Source: Ascoidea asiatica JCM 7603 (lineage: Eukaryota; Fungi; Ascomycota). Taken from it: a stretch of DNA of 64,000 bases. Under the pieces are notes generated by a model. It was not told the origin of the DNA. It did no database searches and saw only the letters and a program-made list of their open reading frames with translations. The DNA lies in NCBI GenBank assembly GCA_001600695.1, contig BCKQ01000009.1, positions 109,331 to 173,330 on the forward strand. The letters run 5' to 3'. The position numbers and the translations under genes were made by a program. Shown here piece by piece: positions 25,301-35,977 of this stretch. Positions within the stretch are counted from its first letter, which is position 1; each line of letters opens with the position of its first letter.

Positions 25301-27568
25301 TATGAAGAAACAAAAATTAAATTAGAAGACAAAGGACCAAATACTTTAAATTGGAATAAAATAGATTCATATTTAGCAGGAAAATCTGAAACTCAAAATT
25401 TACAGAATAATGTAGATAAAATTAAACTTCATAGAGCTAAATTTGTACTATTGCCAGCAAATTTTTCAGTTGATGAAAAATTTCGAAGAAATAAAAAAAT
25501 AGATAATTCTGATGAAAATAAAGAAACTTTAAACAATGAAGAACAAGGAATACATGGTATCAAGGAGTTTGTTAAATTGTTATTGAAAGAAAGATATAGA
25601 GAGGTAAAATTCGGAAAAACAGTTAAAAGTTCGGAAGAAACATTAAAACAAGAACTAATGGATGATCCAGTTTATTTTTATACAGGATCACTTGCAAATT
25701 TTCTTTCAAGAAAAAATTTAAAAAATAGAAATTCATTATTGAAAATTCAAAAAAGATTTACAAAAAATATTAGTTTAATACAATTAGCTCAAGAACTTTC
25801 AGGAAAAGATGGAATTACAATTGAAGACAAAATTTGGCATTTTAGAGTACATCCAAATTCATTTCTTGGTAGTGAATTTGTTAATTGGGTTCTTGAAAAT
25901 GTGGAAGATTTTGTTACTAGAGAAAAAGCAGTTGAATGGGGAAATGATTTAATGGAAAGAGGATTATTTGTACATGTTGATAAAAGGCATTCGTTTTTAG
26001 ATGGTAATTATTATTATAAAATGAACCCAGAATATAAAACGAATAATAATTCAAAAAGAAAAAATGGATCAACAGTGAATAGTCCAAGTGGAAATTATTT
26101 TAATAATTTTAATAACTTTAGTAATTTGAATAATTTTAATAATGGATCAGATTTAAATACTGAAAAATCTAGTAGTAAAAATGCAAGTCCAATATTTCGA
26201 TCATCAGATTCATTTACATGTAGTAATAGAAATACAAGTTCTGCAGGTGAAACTATAGGATCATCAAATAATAGATCGCCAATATTAAATATATCAAATC
26301 AAGGAATAGTTAACACTAATTTAAATTTAAATTCAAATAATAATTCAAATTCTAATTTAAATGCAAATGCGAATGCAAATGCAAATTTAAATGCAAAAGC
26401 GAATGCAAATGCAAATGCAAATGCAAATACTAATACAAATACTAATACAAACTTCAATTTAAACTCAGGAATTATAGAAACACCAAATTCTAGAATGATT
26501 AAACAAATTGAAGATCCAATTACACCAAATTCTAATTTTATTGAAGAAGAATTTGAATATGCAGAATTAGCTAAATCTATAACTATTGATATGGATCCAA
26601 ATCATATAAAATCATATAAACCAGAATTATTAATTGTTCATTATGATAGAGTTCATAATCCACAACATTGTTTTCATATTAGAATTGAATGGTTAAGTTC
26701 AACACCAAAATTAATTGATGAAACTATTACAAAATGGACATCACAATGTGAAATGAATAATTTAAAATTAATTGAAATTCCATGGAATGAATTATATGAT
26801 ATTACAATTAAAAATCCATTTCATTCATTTGTTAATTGTGGATTAAAATTAGATCCATGGAAAGATAAAGAATTTAGTGGAGAATGTAAAGATTTTGAAG
26901 ATATTAATGATTATGATATTAATGATATACATGATATGAATGATATGAATGATAATGAAATTAAAGAAGAAGATTATAATAATATGATATTAAAAGAAAA
27001 TAAATTTTATTATCATGGATATCTTTTAAATAAAGTTGGATTTTTCTTAGATAATCAACCTGGATCAATAGTTTCAGAGAATTTAAAAAAATTTAAAGTT
27101 AAATATTCATGGGGTAAACCAACATATTTATATAATCAATATATACATAAAAGTGGTACATATATTGCAGAAATTATGGAAAAAGGAAATTTATTTTTAG
27201 CACCAAATAATACACATATTGCAAAAGTTAATTTAGATACAAAAAGTAAAACAATATTTTCAAGTGCAAATAGAAAAAAATCATCAATGTATAATAAAAT
27301 GGGAATAAATTTAAATTGGAATAGTAATGATAATAGTAATGTAAATAATTCTATTGAAATAATGAAAAATAGAAAAAAAAATAATATTATGGAAGCAAAA
27401 AGAAATGAATCAAATGAAAAAAATTTTGATTCCCAAGAAGTTATGTTAAGTTTTTTGAATTTATGTGAAGATGAAAATAAATTAAGAAAAATATTCCGAG
27501 AAGCTAAAGAACTTTACATAACAAATTTAAAAATTAAGATTGAAAACTCCAAAAAGGATATCAAATGA
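21590..27568 (+). CDS. IML1: SEACIT/GATOR1 subunit Iml1/Sea1 (DEPDC5 homolog)
   Basis: FRSKSAKLTFLIQLSNEM, DYYRVVVD, ITPGSG, WKSLSTPAALP, DEP domain (WHFRVHPNSFLGSEFVNW...LMERGLFVHV), HYDRVHNP. Confidence 0.95.
22238..22309 (+). repeat. (AAT)n microsatellite encoding poly-Asn in IML1
   Basis: Uninterrupted aat run of about 24 codons; similar runs occur in most genes of the window. Confidence 0.9.
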
Positions 27569-27839
27569 TAGTATTTATAGAAGCTAATTTTGGTGTAAAA
27601 TAACGCTTTTTTATACAAATTTTGACTATTTGAAATAGACTAAAAGACTCTATTAAAGAGTAAGAATGAAAACTAAATTGAAATGAAATAAATAATTGTA
27701 AATTTCAATATACTGACTGTATTTTATAGGATTATTAGATTAAAAATAAAGGTAATTTTCGGATTGAGACCATATATATGGGTAGAGCTTATGGACCCTG
27801 CATAAAAATATAATCTTGCCCTATATTTTTAGTGGCTTG

Positions 27840-28520
27840 TCCCTGAACAATCAGCTTTGTCCCTATCTAGACCTAATCCAATTTATTGAAAAGTCAAACA
27901 AAGTCAATTTCTGGTCCAGGTAAAATTGTAGCTCGATGTTAACGCTCAGGCTTGCTCCGAAGGCTGAGCCTCTTTCCAATCTCAACGTTAAGTACTGTAG
28001 ACCGCTAGTAACAACGAACCAAATGCCGAGATTTGTCAGGCTTGCCAAGCATTCGGCTATCAGCAGCATACGACGTTAACAACCAATGAATTCCTTAGCC
28101 AACTGAATCAAACCAGCGATAGGCGCTAAAGAAAGATTCTTCTCTTGTGTTGAAGTGCGGTCATGTGACCATGAAACTTGCCGTCTCTCAAATCGTGTGC
28201 TGCGTTTGAGAGAGCGTCATTTGCGCGATCACTGCTGGGGGCAATAGCTGCTGGAAGCCGTGCTGCGCTGGAAAGGAGTAACCCTCCCTGCTGCGCCACC
28301 TCCAGCAGTTTTGCTTCAGCGTTGAGGCCCTGGAGCCTGAAATGAAAACAAGAAAAGCCCTGCAGAAAGCTCTAAGCTGAGGCACGTGACACTTTGGCCT
28401 GGTAATGCTTTTCCCTGCGAAGAGACTGGCTCACCCTGCTGCCAAGAGGTAAATACCGGCACCAAAACCACGCTAAACCCACGCTAAACATACGCTAAAC
28501 CAACGCTCGAGTTTCTCTCA
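27840..28520. promoter_or_regulatory. PMC1 upstream GC island with Crz1 CDRE, Rim101 and Cbf1-like sites
   Basis: TGAGCCTC 27965-27972 and TGCGCCAC 28292-28299 (reverse of GNGGCKCA); TGCCAAG 28043-28049 and 28440-28446; CACGTGAC near 28383. Confidence 0.6.
28470..28507 (+). repeat. 11-bp-period tandem repeat of ACGCTAAAC (3 copies plus a partial)
   Basis: ACGCTAAAC at 28470, 28481 and 28492, followed by AACGCT. Confidence 0.8.
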
Positions 28521-29561
28521 AGCAAAATTTAGCTTTCTTCTTTGGTTGATATCGAATTTTGGTGTATTTATCTTTTTCCCTTAACGTTTTCCAAGTAGTG
28601 TAAGTGCTTAACTATTCAAATCAATCAACAATTCAGGCTGAAACTGTATTATTAATTTTTTTTTTTTAATTATATTTCTATTAAAATCACCAAATATCTC
28701 TGTTTTTTATTTCGTATTTTCAATTCAGTTTCAAAAGAATCTTTTTAATCATCTCTATCATCATTTTCATTTTTATTGTCATTCTTATTGTCATTGTCAA
28801 CTTCAATTTCAATCTCAATCTCAATCTCAACTTCAATTTCATTTCATTTCAATTTTTGTTTTGATTTTCAATTCAGATTTTATCTAAACTACTGATTTTT
28901 CAAAAAATCTGTCATCGATAATTTTTTCTTTTCTTTTATTCTTATATTTCTAGAATTTACATAAATAAATAAAGGCTGAAATAAATAATTGCTCTTAGAT
29001 TAATTATTATATCAATAATCATCAACATCAACATCAATAACAATATATCAATATAATTGTTATTTAATTTAGTTGTCATTCCGTCATTTATCCTTATTTC
29101 CTGGAATCATCAATAATAATAAAGGTATAGCCTTCCCTAAATTATTCAATATTTTATTTATTTATTTTTTTAATTAATTATTCAATTCTTCATATTTATT
29201 TCACTTCTACAAATTATTACCGTAGTACTGAAATTAGTTTATTCAAATTTCATTTTAGTTTTATTATTTCTACTCATTACCAATCATTATCAATCATAAG
29301 TTCAATTAATCATTTCAATCTTAGCCTTAAATATAAATCAAAAAACTCTAATGCAATTTTAAAAAATTATATTATATTATTTTATCTTTTATATTTATAT
29401 CCATATATCTATATCCCATATCTATATCCAATTATTCTTTAGTATACTTTTTTAATTAAACCTATTTTTAATTGCCTCTTCAAAAGTCTCAGATAATTCA
29501 AAATAATCAATCAATTTACTAAATAATTAACTAAGTTAATAATTTAAACTCAAAACTAATA

Positions 29562-32500
29562 ATGAGTTCTGATAAACCAAATCCGAAAAATTCTTTAGAT
29601 ATAGATCTAGAGAAAAATCAAATAATATCACCAGAACCAACTTCAAATTTTACCGCTGATAAAAATATTATATCTGATGAAAAAATACCTAATGAATCAA
29701 ATAATGAATCAAATAATATTTTAGATAATGATTCAAATAATGATAATAATAATAATCATAATAATAATAGTTCAAACTTTGAATTAGATAATGATCCTGA
29801 TTTTCCATATTCTGTTCAATCTTTAAATTCTTGTCATGATCCAAAATCAATTTTACATTTTAGAAATAATCTTTTATCAGATAAAAATTCTGAAGATTTA
29901 AACTTTTTTTATAATAATTTAAAAACTGATCCAAAAAATGGTTTAAATTTAGATCAATTAACAAATGAAGATAATTTAAAAAAAAGAACTTCAAAATATG
30001 GTAATAATGTAATACCTGTAACTCCACCAAATTCATTTTTTTATTTATGTTGGGTGGCTTTTAAAGATAAAATTATGATAATTTTAACAATTGCTGCAAT
30101 AATTTCTTTAGCTTTAGGTTTATATGAAACTTTAGGTGAAGATCCTGAATATGATGCTGAAGGTAATGAAATTCCAAGAGTTGAATGGGTTGAAGGTGTA
30201 GCGATAATTGTTGCAGTAATTGTAGTTGTAGTTGTAAGTGCTGCAAATGATTTTCAAAAAGAAAGACAATTTGCAAAATTAAATGCTAAAAAAGAAGATA
30301 GAGAAATTATTGTAATTAGAAATGGTATTGAAACTTATATTTCAATTTTTGATTTATTAGTTGGTGATTTAATTAGATTACAAACTGGTGATGTTGTCCC
30401 TGGTGATGCAATTTTAATTAATGGTCATTGTGAATGTGATGAAAGTAATATAACTGGTGAATCTTTAACAATTAAAAAATTTCCAATTGATTTTGCTCTA
30501 AAAAAATATAATTTAAATTTTAAAAATTCTGGTAAAGATATTGGTGATAATGATTCAAAAGGTATTATTGATCCATTTATGATATCTGGTACAAAATTAT
30601 TATCTGGTTTAGGTGATGCAATTGTAACTTCAATTGGTGAAAATTCAATGTATGGTAGAGCAATGATGTCTTTAAAAGTTGAACCTGAACCAACTCCAAT
30701 GACTGTAAGATTAGATTCTTTAGCAAATGGTATTAATAAATTTGCAATGATTGGTGGTTTTATTTTATTTATTGTTTTAATTTTAAAATTTTGTGCAGAA
30801 TTACCTCCTGGTAAAAAATATCATGATTTAAGAGGTTCTGAAAAAGGTACTCATGTTTTAGATTATTTTATTACTGCAATTGCTTTAATTGTTGTTGCTG
30901 TACCTGAAGGTCTTCCATTAGCTGTAACTTTAGCTTTAGCTTTTGCTACAACAAGAATGGCAAAAGATGGTAATTTAGTTCGTGTATTAAAAGCTTGTGA
31001 AACAATGGGTGGTGCAACTGCTGTTTGTTCCGATAAAACTGGTACCTTAACTGAAAATAAAATGAGAGTTGTAAGAGGAACTTTTGGTGGTCTTGAATTT
31101 AATAATACTGGAGTTTCTGATTCTATTGATCAAAATAAAAATGAAAATTCTATTGAAAAATCTCCTTCACCAATTTCTGATGATATTAAATCTAAAATAT
31201 CTTCAACCCTTTCTAATTATTTACTTTCAAATATTTCTTTAAATTCTTCTGCATTTGAAAATACAGAAGAAGCAAATACTGTTGCTTCTATTAAACCAGT
31301 CAAAAAAAATCATTGGTATTCAAAACTTTTTAAAAAAAGTAAAAAAACTACAGAAATTATTCAAGAAGAAGAAAAATTTGTTGGCTCAAAAACTGAAACT
31401 GCTTTACTTTTTATGGCTGAAGATTTACTTGACATGAATGATTTAAAAAAATTAGATGCAATTAGAAAAAATATTCATCTTTTAGGTATAGAAAGAATAG
31501 TTCAAACTATTCCTTTTGAAAGTTCAAGAAAATGGGCAGGTTTAATTGTAGAAAATAAATCTGGTAATTTTACTTTTTATATTAAAGGTGCTTCTGAAAT
31601 AGTTTTATCAAAATGTGGTTTTCAATATTCAAATGAAACTGATTCAATTTCTAAAATTACTGATGATGATTTACAAGAAATTTTAACTAAAATTGATACA
31701 TATGCAAATAATGCTTTAAGAACAATTTCTTTAGCTCATAAAGATTTTGATTCTTGGCCTCCAAAAGGTGATGTTATGAATGAATCTGGTTCAGAAGTTG
31801 ATCCAAATTTATTTTTTGCTTCTTTCTCTCCTGATATTTCTCAAAATTCTTTATCCGATACTCCTCCCTCACCAACTGTTCCAACTATTGTTGTTGCAGA
31901 TGAATCAAATTCAGTTAAAAATAATCAAAATTCTTTAACATTAGATGGTTTAGTAGGTATTCAAGATCCTTTAAGAAAAGGTGTCGCTCAAGCTGTTGCA
32001 CAATGTCAATCAGCTGGTGTAACTGTTAGAATGGTTACTGGTGATAATATTTTAACTGCTAAATCTATTGCTTTGGGATGTGGAATTTTAAACCCTTCTC
32101 AATTATCAAATCCAAATTCATGTATGGAAGGTCCAACTTTTAGAAAATTAAGTAAACCTGAAATTAAGAGTATTATACCAAATTTAAGAGTATTAGCTAG
32201 ATCATCTCCAGAAGATAAAAGAATTTTAGTTGAAAATTTAAAAGAATTAAATAATGTTGTTGCAGTAACAGGTGATGGAACAAATGATGCACCAGCTTTA
32301 AAATTAGCTGATGTTGGTTTTGCAATGGGTATTTCTGGAACTGAAGTTGCTAGAGAAGCATCAGATATTATTTTAATGAGTGATGATTTTTCTGCAATTG
32401 TTAATGCTATAAAATGGGGTAGATGTGTTTCAATTTCAATTAAAAAATTTTTACAATTTCAATTAACAGTTAATATTACTGCAGTTATATTAACATTTGT

Positions 32501-33428
32501 ATCAGCAGTTGCATCATCATCAGGAGATTCAGTTTTAACAGCAGTTCAATTACTTTGGGTTAATTTAATTATGGATACATTTGCAGCATTAGCATTAGCT
32601 ACAGATAAACCAGATCCACTTATTTTAGAAACTAAACCAGATGGTAGAACAGCACCATTAATTGCAATTTCAACATGGAAAATGATTCTTGGACAATCAA
32701 CTACACAACTTATAGTTACTTTTACACTTCATTTTGCAGGTGCCAAAATTTTTTTCAATGGAGTCACAACAAGTCATCAAGATACACAATTAAGTGCAAT
32801 GACATTTAATACATTTGTTTGGCTTCAATTTTGGAAACTTTTTGTAACAAGAAAATTAAATGAAGCAGATGGTATAAGTAATATTAGAGATAGAATAAGT
32901 ATGAGAAATTTAAATTTTTTTCAAGATTTAACTAGAAATTATTATTTTCTTGGAATTGCACTGATAATTGGTGGTATTCAAATTTTAATAATGTTTGTTG
33001 GTGGACAAGCATTTTCAATTGCTAAACAAACAGGAGCAATGTGGGGTACAGCAATAATTTGTGGTATGCTTTCATTACCAGCAGGTATAATTTTAAGAAT
33101 TATACCAGATGAATGGGTTATAAAAATTTTCCCAACAAGATTATTTAAATGGGTTATTTATCTTATTTCATTTGATTTTATAAGGAAAAGTAAGAAAGCA
33201 CCAAGATGGTCGAAAAAGAAAGATGATGAAGAAGAAGCAATAGAAGAAGATAATAAAAATAGTAGTAATAACAATAGTAATTATCTTGATACTCAGGAGG
33301 AAGAATCTAGAAGTAGAAAAAATTCAGATGCAACAGTTGGACATTTAGGATTACCAAATTCTCAAAAATCTAAAAGTGAAACAAGTAGTGTTGATCAAAG
33401 TGATGTTTCTACAAGTACAGCAGTTTAG
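29562..33428 (+). CDS. PMC1: Vacuolar P2B-type Ca2+-ATPase
   Basis: TGES, VAVPEGLPLAVTLALA, CSDKTGTLT, KGASE, MVTGDN, ARSSPEDK, TGDGTNDAPAL, QLLWVNLIMDT. Confidence 0.97.
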   Translation: MSSDKPNPKNSLDIDLEKNQIISPEPTSNFTADKNIISDEKIPNESNNESNNILDNDSNNDNNNNHNNNSSNFELDNDPDFPYSVQSLNSCHDPKSILHFRNNLLSDKNSEDLNFFYNNLKTDPKNGLNLDQLTNEDNLKKRTSKYGNNVIPVTPPNSFFYLCWVAFKDKIMIILTIAAIISLALGLYETLGEDPEYDAEGNEIPRVEWVEGVAIIVAVIVVVVVSAANDFQKERQFAKLNAKKEDREIIVIRNGIETYISIFDLLVGDLIRLQTGDVVPGDAILINGHCECDESNITGESLTIKKFPIDFALKKYNLNFKNSGKDIGDNDSKGIIDPFMISGTKLLSGLGDAIVTSIGENSMYGRAMMSLKVEPEPTPMTVRLDSLANGINKFAMIGGFILFIVLILKFCAELPPGKKYHDLRGSEKGTHVLDYFITAIALIVVAVPEGLPLAVTLALAFATTRMAKDGNLVRVLKACETMGGATAVCSDKTGTLTENKMRVVRGTFGGLEFNNTGVSDSIDQNKNENSIEKSPSPISDDIKSKISSTLSNYLLSNISLNSSAFENTEEANTVASIKPVKKNHWYSKLFKKSKKTTEIIQEEEKFVGSKTETALLFMAEDLLDMNDLKKLDAIRKNIHLLGIERIVQTIPFESSRKWAGLIVENKSGNFTFYIKGASEIVLSKCGFQYSNETDSISKITDDDLQEILTKIDTYANNALRTISLAHKDFDSWPPKGDVMNESGSEVDPNLFFASFSPDISQNSLSDTPPSPTVPTIVVADESNSVKNNQNSLTLDGLVGIQDPLRKGVAQAVAQCQSAGVTVRMVTGDNILTAKSIALGCGILNPSQLSNPNSCMEGPTFRKLSKPEIKSIIPNLRVLARSSPEDKRILVENLKELNNVVAVTGDGTNDAPALKLADVGFAMGISGTEVAREASDIILMSDDFSAIVNAIKWGRCVSISIKKFLQFQLTVNITAVILTFVSAVASSSGDSVLTAVQLLWVNLIMDTFAALALATDKPDPLILETKPDGRTAPLIAISTWKMILGQSTTQLIVTFTLHFAGAKIFFNGVTTSHQDTQLSAMTFNTFVWLQFWKLFVTRKLNEADGISNIRDRISMRNLNFFQDLTRNYYFLGIALIIGGIQILIMFVGGQAFSIAKQTGAMWGTAIICGMLSLPAGIILRIIPDEWVIKIFPTRLFKWVIYLISFDFIRKSKKAPRWSKKKDDEEEAIEEDNKNSSNNNSNYLDTQEEESRSRKNSDATVGHLGLPNSQKSKSETSSVDQSDVSTSTAV

Positions 33429-33815
33429 ATTATATTATATTAGATTATACTTGATTATATTAAATTATTAGATTATTAGATTATTAGATTAGATCTAATA
33501 TGATTTTAAATTTAATATAAAATTGATAAATTAATAAATTGATAAATTGATAATTTGATAGGTTAAATTAATAAATAATATTTATATTTTCATAGAACTT
33601 TTTTAATTAATTATATTTTAGACTTTTTAATAGTTAATTTAATTTTTTTTATTTTTTTTATTTATTTATTTTAAATATTTATTTATTTCGTAAATATTCG
33701 TAGATATATAATGGACTAAAAATACATATTAAATTAAGAATTATATATAATAAAAGGTATATAAAAAAAAGGTATTAATTGTAGGTAATAAATAGATTGG
33801 TATATATAATTTATA

Positions 33816-34580
33816 TTATTTTTTTGATAAAGAGATAATTGTATCTTGATTTGATTTAAATTGAATATCAATTTGAGATATATGAGGTAAAGAATCATCA
33901 ATATCATTATCATTATCATTATCATTGTCAGTATCAGTTAAAGAATGAGAATCAATTGAATCTATTGATTTTATAATTTTATCAGAATTAGAATTATTAT
34001 TTAAAGTAAAAGAAGATAATGGACTTGTACCTATTTTTTTAGTATTAAGAAAATTATTAAAATCATTTTGATTATTTTCATTATTATTTTCATTATTATT
34101 TAAATTATTATTTAAATTATTATTTAAATTATTATTTAAAGAATCATTTTCTTCAAAACTTAATAATTTTTTTAAATTTGAAACTTTTTTTGGATTTCTT
34201 TAAAAATTATAATAATAAATAAAAAAAAGTCAGTTAATTAAATCTTAAAAAAAGTAATATTAAATAATTTTAAATAGATAATATTTTTACATACTTTAAG
34301 AATCTTCTTTCTTTATGAAAAAGTAATTTTTTAGAACATGGAGATACATTATTTTTATCAGAAGGAGATATATAATGAAAATTTCTTTAATTAAATATTA
34401 TGTTAGTTAATAGTTAAAAAAGGATATATAATTTATAAAAAAGATTAAATTGAAAATGGAAACATACTTTTGTTTTCTAGCTAATACTCTTACTTGACTT
34501 TTTTTAATTGGTCTATTTTTCAAGATTGGATGTAATTTTTCAATTGGTATTGGAGAAGTAGTTTGAATTTTAGCAGGCAT
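33816..34580 (-). CDS. SPO12: Spo12/Bns1-family FEAR pathway protein; exons 34580-34468, 34384-34295, 34197-33816; 194 aa
   Basis: Two GTATGT donors, branch-like AACTAAC and AACTGAC, AAG acceptors. The spliced frame is open and exon 2 encodes YISPSDKNNVSPCSKKLLFHKERRF, the Spo12 SP-D---SPCS-KL--HK motif. Not in the ORF track. Confidence 0.82.
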
Positions 34581-35128
34581 TTTTATATTATATTTGATAT
34601 TTGAATTGATATTTAATTGATATTGAATTGATATTGAATTGATGAGATTTAAACTAGCAATAAAGAAATACTTAATAAGAAGCTTTAAATTGATAGAATA
34701 TGTAGAGAGAGAATATATTATTCAATGAGACTCAATTAGTTATAGATATAAAATTGATAGCTTAAATATTTGAAAAATAATTAATTGAAGAAAAGATATA
34801 AGATATAAGAAATAAGAACTAAGAAAAAAGAAATAGTATTTGATACTTAACACACACTTTATAAAAGAATCTAAAGAAGCATAATAATTAACCAATTAGT
34901 AAGTAAGTAAGAGATTCCTCATTGGCAATAGAAAGAAATAGAGATAATCTTCAATTGACAGACTCTTGGACTTGAAGATATCACAGAATTCACTTGGACT
35001 CAAGAGCTGGAAAGTGCTTCTTTAGGAAATAAATAAACAATGAAATGATAAAATATATAAAAAATTAAAAAAAATCAAAATCTTTCACTCGAATTACAAA
35101 AAACCAGAGAAATTTGTTCATTTCCAGG

Positions 35129-35151
35129 CCCAAAACGGGAAAAGGTAAACA
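35129..35151 (+). promoter_or_regulatory. Mcm1-Fkh composite element upstream of SPO12
   Basis: CCCAAAACGG (CC-N6-GG) + GAAAA + GGTAAACA. Confidence 0.65.
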
Positions 35152-35234
35152 CACCCAGAAAATGCAACCATCGGCATTACAGCACATAAACAGGCACCAG
35201 CACACGCTAACACGCGGCAACCGACGACAAAAGA

Positions 35235-35260
35235 CCCGCAAAACAGGCGACGTCACAAAT
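35235..35260 (+). promoter_or_regulatory. Ndt80 mid-sporulation element(s) upstream of SPO12
   Basis: GTCACAAAT 35252-35260 and CCCGCAAAA 35235-35243 match CRCAAAW. Confidence 0.5.
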
Positions 35261-35977
35261 TAACCCAAATTCTCGTTGCTGGAGCAGAGTCCGAAGCAGT
35301 TTTGAAGCAGTTTTGAAGTTGAAGCAGCAGAATTTGGTGGGTTTGGAGCTTGTAAGAGAGTATTACAAAAAAGAAGTAGGAGAAGGAGAAGTGGTGGTGG
35401 TAGTAGTAGTAGTGGTGGTAGTGGTGGTGTATTGGTGGTGTTTGAGGAGAGGTGAGTATAATATCAATAACCACTCCAGAAGAAGTTAGATTATTTGTTA
35501 TGGATACTGCCCAAGAAATTGAGGGAGGCTTCTGAATTGGTTTTACAGATCAAGATATTGAAAATGATGATAATTCTTAATAATATGGAATAAATTACGA
35601 ATCAGCTAAAATAAATAAAAAAAATTTAAAAATAAAAGTAAATGTGCATTTGAGACGTAGATTAAAAACAAAAACCATGTAGTAGGTTTTTGAATAAAAT
35701 CTTCGCTAAGAAAGAAAAGTAAAACTTGAATTTTTTCTAGAAGAAAATTTGAAGCTACTTATAGTAAATAAAAAAAGACTGAAAAGACAGTAAGGATAAA
35801 AAAAAAATTTGAAAAGACAGAAATGTGTGAGTCGCAATAAGGAAAACGTAAAGTTTTTGATAAAAAATAAAATTGCATGTTCTTGCAGAAACTAAAAAGT
35901 AATTTGAAAAAAAATAATATTGGAAAAAATGCAGGACTGCATTTTTGGTTAGTAAACAAATATTTAAGGATACCAAT

